Assembly (NCBI GenBank): GCA_964016885.1
Contig: OZ024743.1
Coordinates: 220,844,001-220,908,000 of the forward strand
From: Eledone cirrhosa
Taxonomy: Eukaryota
Direction of reading: 5' to 3'
Length of the DNA: 64,000 nt
How positions within the stretch are numbered: the first letter of the stretch is position 1; every line of letters begins with the position of its first letter. A model generated the notes under the pieces. The model was not told the origin of the DNA, ran no database searches, and was given only the letters and a program-made list of their open reading frames with translations. Both the position numbers and the translations under genes were made by a program. Of the stretch, positions 56,201 through 64,000 are shown piece after piece.

Positions 56201-57105
56201 TTTCCAATTTCAACTCACATTATTGCTTCGATTTTTCCTTAATCTTATTTTCATCTTTATTTCCTCTGAAGAGTTTATTTCTCCCTGTTCCCCTACAAAA
56301 ACATTAGTGTTCTTCTCATTTTATTATTTCTCTGTGACACAAAGAGTGAGTTTCATTTTTAAAGACAGAGAAAAAGTTTTAAAGATAAAAAATAAAAAAA
56401 ATGTTTCAACTACTCCTCACATTATACATGACAGAAAGTAGGATATGGATTAACAGTCATGCACTGGGGTCGATGTAATGTAATGATTCTCCATTACACA
56501 CAAAAGAAATTGAAGGCATTGTGCCTAAATTAGGTACCGTTATAAAAGATTAAAATGATGAACCTTTAACACTTTGTTGAGTTGTTGGGGAGCTATCATG
56601 ACAAATGGCATGTCATGGGCATAAAACTGGTACTTGAAAGGACCAATTTTATGACAGTGTTTCACGTTGAATCTCTATGAGAACGACACTAACGGTGAAC
56701 AATTCTTTTTAACGCTCAGCCACTGGTAAGATAATTTTATCAGCAGGCTATTCTGTTGATCAAACAACTGGAAAACATCATGTACGAACAGAGACAGGTA
56801 CATAAATCACATGCAGATAGCAACCCTACAATGGTTCACAGTTTTAATATATGAAAGTTCATATCAGCATATAGAAGAATCGGTAGTCTAGTTCATAACA
56901 TATCATTTCCTTTCTAACAATAACATTATTATATCTATCGTTCTAATGTTGAAATAAAACACGTTTCTCGCTTCCTGATCTAAATATCGTAGAAGCACAC
57001 CTGAACAACACACACCCAAACACAAACATACACACACACACACTCATTCACACACATACACACATATACACATGCACACACGCGCGCTCCAAACGCCCAC
57101 ACACT

Positions 57106-57142
<37 letters not shown>

Positions 57143-57164
57143 TATTTATGTATATATATAATTT

Positions 57165-57354
57165 GCTTTGGTGTCCTTGAAATATGTATAATGAAATAAA
57201 TATGGATTTATAAATATAGTTTCCATTTGTTAATATATTGTATTTTTGCTCCAAAAATTTGTTGAGTGCTTTATATCAGTTATAAAAATATTTGGTTGTT
57301 GTATCCCAACAAATTAAATATAACTTCTACATATATATATATGTGTGTTTGTAT

Positions 57355-57424
<70 letters not shown>

Positions 57425-57618
57425 ATACAAACACACATATACTGTATATATATGTAGAAGTTATATTTAATTTGTAGAAGTTATATTTAATTTATTTTTA
57501 TAACTGATATAAAGCACTCAACAAATTTTTGGAGTAAAAATACAATATATTAACAAATGGAAACTATATTTATAAAACCATATTTATTTCATTATACATA
57601 TTTCAAGGACACCAAAGC
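57165..57618. repeat. 454-bp tail-to-tail palindrome of family P1 centred on (TA)n
   Basis: 57165-57290 inverted at 57492-57618; inner arms also mirror across (TA)n near 57391. Confidence 0.92.
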
Positions 57619-57647
57619 GTGTGTGCATGTGTATATGTGTGTATATA

Positions 57648-57748
<101 letters not shown>

Positions 57749-57753
57749 GTATA

Positions 57754-57884
<131 letters not shown>

Positions 57885-57889
57885 GTATA

Positions 57890-57959
<70 letters not shown>

Positions 57960-58348
57960 AAGAGAAATAAAGATATATAGATATATTGTTGTATAGATAT
58001 AGATAAAGCCATAAACACCCCACCTCCTCACATATATATGAATAATCATTATATTACTTTTTTTTTTAGATATATTTATATGTATGCTTAACCACGTTAT
58101 ACTCAATATTCACATATATATTCAATTCATTGATTCTTTAAATTTTTACTGTATTTTTCTATAAGTCAGTTCACAAGCCACTCACTATCAAACCAACTCC
58201 ATCAAACTGTATTTTCAATGGGACACCGGAGATAATAAATGATGATTCATTTGAAATGATAAAATTGAATCAAAATATATCAACAAAGGTAAAGTAATGA
58301 TACGAGATACAAAAGAAAAAGTTATATTGTAAGCGAAGTACACAGTCC

Positions 58349-58388
<40 letters not shown>

Positions 58389-58401
58389 CAAGTATACACA
58401 T

Positions 58402-58511
<110 letters not shown>

Positions 58512-58659
58512 ATACTTTGGGAGAGTCATGTTGCCAATAAGAAACACACGCACCAGTCGAATTCAATTTATTATAATAAATTAAATTCATAAATTTAGGA
58601 ATTTATAAATTTCCGGTTGGTTGGTTGGTTGGTTCCACAACCAGATGATTGTTTATATA

Positions 58660-58705
58660 TTCACAAAGTTCTTTCGTCACACATTCTGTGACCTCTTCGG
58701 TGACT
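58660..58705 (-). ncRNA. Degenerate hammerhead-like motif
   Basis: Minus: CCGAAGA-g-gtcaca(gaatg)tgtgac-GAAA; U4>C and stem III poor. Confidence 0.35.
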
Positions 58706-58795
58706 GGGGATACTTTTTTTTGTTTTTGTGTATAACAATATCGGTTTCAATACACGTTTTCAGATAAAGAATCTTGCTAAACAAATTCAGAAACG

Positions 58796-58865
<70 letters not shown>

Positions 58866-58886
58866 GCATATATATATATATATATA

Positions 58887-59528
58887 CACGCATTGGTACA
58901 GTGCTCGGGCGTAGCCGATCTGTGGGGCTATGTCGAACAACTGCTGTCAAGGGTGGAACCGATCCGGTTGACCACCGAGTCTATCGTAATGATCAAGCCG
59001 CCTCCCCCCTTCAAAGATGAAGCAGAGGCGGTGTTTCTGTGCGTAATAGCCATGGCGAAAGAGGTTGTATGGTGGACGCGTCTGAAAGGACTGAGGTCAG
59101 GCACCTTTCTCTCTGGCCAACAACTGGTCCGTTTCTTCCGATATCATTTCGGAAGAAGGATCAGGATGGAGAGAGAGGTGCTGCACCCCAGCCGTTTCTA
59201 TGAAAGATGGGTGAAAGTGGCGAGAATGGCCCGTGTGAATGGGCCTTCACTCTACATCAGACTATAGGTGAGGAAGATGAAAGACCAAGGGAGCACCCCT
59301 TCTCTGTGCTCCTGAGGAGAAGGGTTGCACACTTTTTTCGGGGGTGTGTGCGACCCCCCAAGGCGCCTCCTCTCTATTGAGGATTTTGTTAAAAATTTTA
59401 TTTTTTGTTATATCTTATTTTATTTTTATATTTTGTTATTGCCTCCTCCTTATTGAGGACGCCTTTTTGTGTAAACTCCCCCCTTTGTACTTGTCCCACT
59501 TTTGATGCCCTAGTGGCAAATAAAAGAA

Positions 59529-59530
<2 letters not shown>
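58887..59530 (+). mobile_element. 5'-truncated Tx1-like LINE (different subfamily) in (TA)n
   Basis: HALVQCSGVADLWGYVEQLLSRV..AMAKEVVWWTRLKGL..ERWVKVARMARVNG aligns with 35678-36061; 3'UTR ends ccctagtggcaaataaaagaaat. Confidence 0.9.
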
Positions 59531-59559
<29 letters not shown>

Positions 59560-59583
59560 AATATATATATATATATGTATATA

Positions 59584-59718
<135 letters not shown>

Positions 59719-59811
59719 TGATATATATATATGTGCGTGTGGTTATATATACATATATTTATACATAGATATATTTATGTTTATATACAGATATTTCTAT
59801 TTATATATATA

Positions 59812-59903
<92 letters not shown>

Positions 59904-60310
59904 TATATGTATAAAGTTATATGGGGTATAAGTTTATTGGCGTGGGTTAGCTTTGAAATGGAGATGCCGTCAACTGTTGTGCCTTAGCTTTAATCTACCA
60001 CGTAGCGAGTTCCTAATTCCACACTGAAAACAAAGACACAGACTGTTTATAATCAGGAATTGCTGAGGTTTGTCGTATCTAAATAAGATCTAAATTTTTC
60101 CTATAATTATTTTACATTTTACATCGTAAAATTTGCTATCATGTTCAATCAGCAGCTCCAGACTACTTCATTCAACCATGTACGTAAATAGAATTTATAA
60201 AACCAAAGTAGATCGGACACATTCATATAATATATATATATATATATATTATATATACATACATACATATATATATTTTTATATATATATATATATATAC
60301 ATATATATAT

Positions 60311-60494
60311 AGGAAAAGAGTCAGGACCCCGACGGCTGAGCTCCGGCCATTTCGACAGCTAAATCCGAACTTACCCACCACTATTATGCCGTCGGGGCCC
60401 TGACTCTTTTCCTACTACCCGCTCTACTACTCTAAGTATCGAGTACTCTGGTGCGTTATGTTTCACCTGGTTCCTCCACCACACTTTCTTTGTT
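60311..60494. mobile_element. Family P7 relic with 26-bp inverted arms
   Basis: 60311-60336 inverted at 60388-60413. Confidence 0.75.
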
Positions 60495-60520
60495 ACACAC
60501 ACACACACACAGACGCACAT

Positions 60521-60552
<32 letters not shown>

Positions 60553-60556
60553 GTAT

Positions 60557-60676
60557 GTAAAAGGTAAACAGAAATAACAACACAATCGGTACAGTATCTG
60601 GAAGGTATATATTAGGTTAACGCTTGATATAGCAGGAAGAGGGTCATAACGTTTCTGACGCCAGTCCTTCATCAGA
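60557..60676 (-). mobile_element. Family P5 relic with hammerhead-like core
   Basis: Minus: CTGATGA-aggac-tggc-gtca-GAAA-cgtta; copy of 16456-16580. Confidence 0.6.
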
Positions 60677-60729
60677 ATGTATATATATATTTAAGTGCGT
60701 GTGTGTGTGTGTATGTATCGTAGTTGCTC

Positions 60730-61050
60730 TTCAGTCACAAATGACCAAGTTTTTGCACCTGGAAAGTCTCCCTCCGAGGCACAAGCCTGGACATGGTGTG
60801 TTTGTGGAAGACCAGTAGTCACTCATGTATACCAGTCCTGACTCACTACGCCACAGGTGTTCTCCAAGGGAAAGGCAAAGACCGATATAGCTTGGCACCA
60901 TTGATGTCGTAACACATTTCTACATCTGAGTAAACTGAATCATCGTGAAATAAAGTGTTTTGCTCAGAGAAACAACGCACCGCCCGATCCGGGGATTCGA
61001 ATTCACAACCTTACAATTGTGAACTCAAAGTTCTAATCACTAAGCCACAT
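60730..61050 (-). mobile_element. tRNA-derived SINE family B, long form
   Basis: Minus strand tggcttagtgattag (A-box) and attcgaatccc (B-box); body shared with 53260-53450. Confidence 0.75.
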
Positions 61051-61151
61051 TCATGCATATATTGACTTAGTGCTCTACCAACTTTGGATATAACCTTCTG
61101 ATTTTTCACTGCACTATATATTTTTTCAATAATAATATATATATATACACA

Positions 61152-61262
<111 letters not shown>

Positions 61263-61290
61263 GCACACATATATATATATATATTTATAT

Positions 61291-61624
61291 ATAGAATAGA
61301 AAACGAAAAATCAGTGATGCATCTGAACTCAATTTATTGTGTGTTACAATTGTTTCGCCGGCGGACAGCTCGAGACGCGATCATTGTGGGGATCTGTCTG
61401 ATTCTGGATCCGCAGATTCGACGGACACGGCTAATGATTTCGGAGCATATTCTCTCACCCATTAGACATGTCCGAAATCATTAGACGTGTCTGTCGAACC
61501 TGCGGGTCCAGAATCAGACAGATCCACAAAATGATCGCGTCTCGAGCAGTCCGCTGGCGAAACAAATATAACACACAATAAATTGAGTTCAGATGCATCA
61601 CTGATTTTTCGTTTTCTATTCTAT
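61291..61624. repeat. Inverted repeat with 154-bp arms and 26-nt loop; hammerhead 3' half
   Basis: 61291-61444 inverted at 61471-61624 with scattered mismatches; left arm on minus reads GAAA-CAATTG-TA. Confidence 0.92.
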
Positions 61625-61757
61625 CATACTCTGCTCTGTAAGAGCATAGAGTGCTCAACCGGCATACCGCCTATGGAAGCATCCTAGCTACCATCAGACA
61701 TATATATATTTATATATATATATATATATATATACAAACATATATATACATATATAT

Positions 61758-61831
<74 letters not shown>

Positions 61832-63564
61832 TTATATATTACTGATTAAAATGGTAGATCATCTATCCAGCCACATCATATTTGATGAATAGGTGTGATA
61901 ATAAATGTTGGTTGAATAAGTCCTAAATTTAATGGTGTTGTTAAGAGATCCCTGTTGATCCTGTTGCGAGTGATTCCATGTTGATAATGTGTGATGGTAG
62001 TGGTCGGATAATGTGTGATGGTAATGGATTACTGTGATTCGTTTTAGTATTGATAGTGACAATATTACATCATAACTTTCATCGTCATCGCTTTGCTTAC
62101 ATCAGTAAGAGAACTATGATTAATGTGCTCTTTGAATGTTATATGGAGATGGTGATGTTGATTGTACGGATGTTTAACAACAGTGTAGCACCAATAGACC
62201 AGAGATATGATTAATAACGTTCACACCAGGACCAGCTTCACTTTCCTGCATGTCTAATTTATACATTATTCTACTTGTCCTTCTCTTTTTGCAAGGAGGT
62301 AGAAGATTGTGAAGTGACAGAGATTTGGCTACTCTTCCTAACAGGCAGAGCTACCAAATATGGTGTTAATGATAGTAGTCGTATTGGTAATAGCAATAAT
62401 ATCGGTGAGGTAACTCCAATAGCATTTCGTGATGGCCCACTGAAATTTTATTGAGTCGGGTCACAACTCGTCAAAATTTCTCATTTCTAAATAGAGCTAG
62501 ATAGGTTGTGACAGATGATACTCCTACACAATGAAGTACTTTAGGAGTTATCACACCAAGACTACTACCACATGCGCTACATTTATGCGAGGAAACATTT
62601 GCTAATGTTATAGCACAGTAATTAGAACTCTATCCTCCACTCATCAGATTTACATTCAAGCTAGTGCCAACCAATAGCTTTGTAGTTTTCCCTACTGAAA
62701 TTACCTTGTATCGACCTTCCAACTATATGCACCGTTGACTATATATAATCTGTGAACTACTTCAACTGTTAACATTGTCAAATAGATATCATAATATACC
62801 TATAGTTTCAATCTTTCTCACCCATGCTTACAAATATTATTTTGTAGATGATAAGATGAGTTTCCAGGTTATTGTCGTTGTTGTCTTCTTCATCTCAGCC
62901 ACCTCTTACGATCGAGTAAACCTATGCTCAAAATATTTTCAGCCATGACACTTTACTATAAGCTATCTGGTAGTTTTCGTTGCTACATCTCACTGGCGTA
63001 TTTTACAATTGACTACATAAAAACACATCTCACGTCTAATATGGTATTGCTTCATCATTTGTTTGTTAGTTAGATTTTTTTGTTATTCTTCGTTATATTC
63101 TTTCCTTCTATTTCAGTCTTCTCATGTCTTTCCTTATTTCAAACATTTCCTTATTTCTACGTATGTGAGAACTTGTGATTGTAAAGAAAGGATTTGGAAA
63201 TATTTTTTTTTAAATAGGTTCTGGAGACGAACAATATTTGAACGACTTCCCAGAGTCAACGAAGAACAAGAAAATCTATTCAGCGGGAAAGATGAACAGA
63301 AATATAAACAATAAACCAAACCAAACAATAAAAAGGAAAATGAGAGAGAAATAACATTGAAGAGGTAGAGAAAACATTGTGAGATAAAATGCTATTAGAA
63401 AAGTAAACAAGTTTTGGAAATATATTTTTTCCTCGCGTTGTATGAGGCAACAAGCCGAGTTAGAAAAATATGAGCCACGCATATGCAGTCAATACACACA
63501 CACACACGCACACACATATATAAATGTATATATATATATATATAAATAAATAAATAAATAAATA

Positions 63565-63630
<66 letters not shown>

Positions 63631-64000
63631 GTGTGTCTGAGGTGTGCTTGTGTGTGTGTTTGTACGTGTAGGTAGGGCCATTAATATACGCATATGTAGT
63701 GTTAAATGTATGGTATACGGATATGTCGGACAGATGCTAGAGGTAACAGACATATGGGCCAACACTCCTGAGTACAAAGGAAGTACATAATATTATATAA
63801 TGCACAGTAAAATGTAAGAGATGTTGATGGCTACGACAGCACCATTGATAATATTTGCTCAATCAAAGTCGACCTCTGACTAATACATTGTAATTACGTG
63901 GATTTAATTAATATAAGGTAGTAACTAGATTTTCACTGATGTAAACGTAATAACATGGCTTTGAGTAATAATAGTATGTAATTACTTGACTTTGAATATT

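Overview
AT-rich, microsatellite-saturated eukaryotic DNA with one assembly gap (23053-23252). The SINE families and (TA)n/(CA)n/(AAT)n/(TACA)n load resemble an octopus genome; this is inference from memory, not a database result. No host gene can be confidently called, and nearly all ORF-track entries are microsatellite translations. Recognisable content: (i) a near full-length, frameshifted Tx1/L1-clade LINE (35371-40733, -) plus two 3' fragments; (ii) a near full-length R4/Dong-type RLE LINE (45362-49490, -), a nested relative, and two fragments of a second Dong-like family; (iii) 11 young copies of one tRNA-derived SINE, four with 12-18 bp TSDs and one whose A-box head is amplified 9x; (iv) an RTE-derived short element, a CR1-like relic, older SINEs and a tiny Tc1/mariner MITE; (v) about 10 unrelated families of short (TA)n-embedded elements with type-I hammerhead ribozyme cores or halves, probably Penelope-like pLTR relics or retrozyme-like elements, many folded back into long inverted repeats whose apex lies in or near the ribozyme. 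Other notable patterns are a 3'-terminal motif shared by the SINE and the Tx1 LINEs, family-specific microsatellite niches, and a co-oriented train of elements inserted into each other's (ATT)n tails. All alignments and folds were done by eye.
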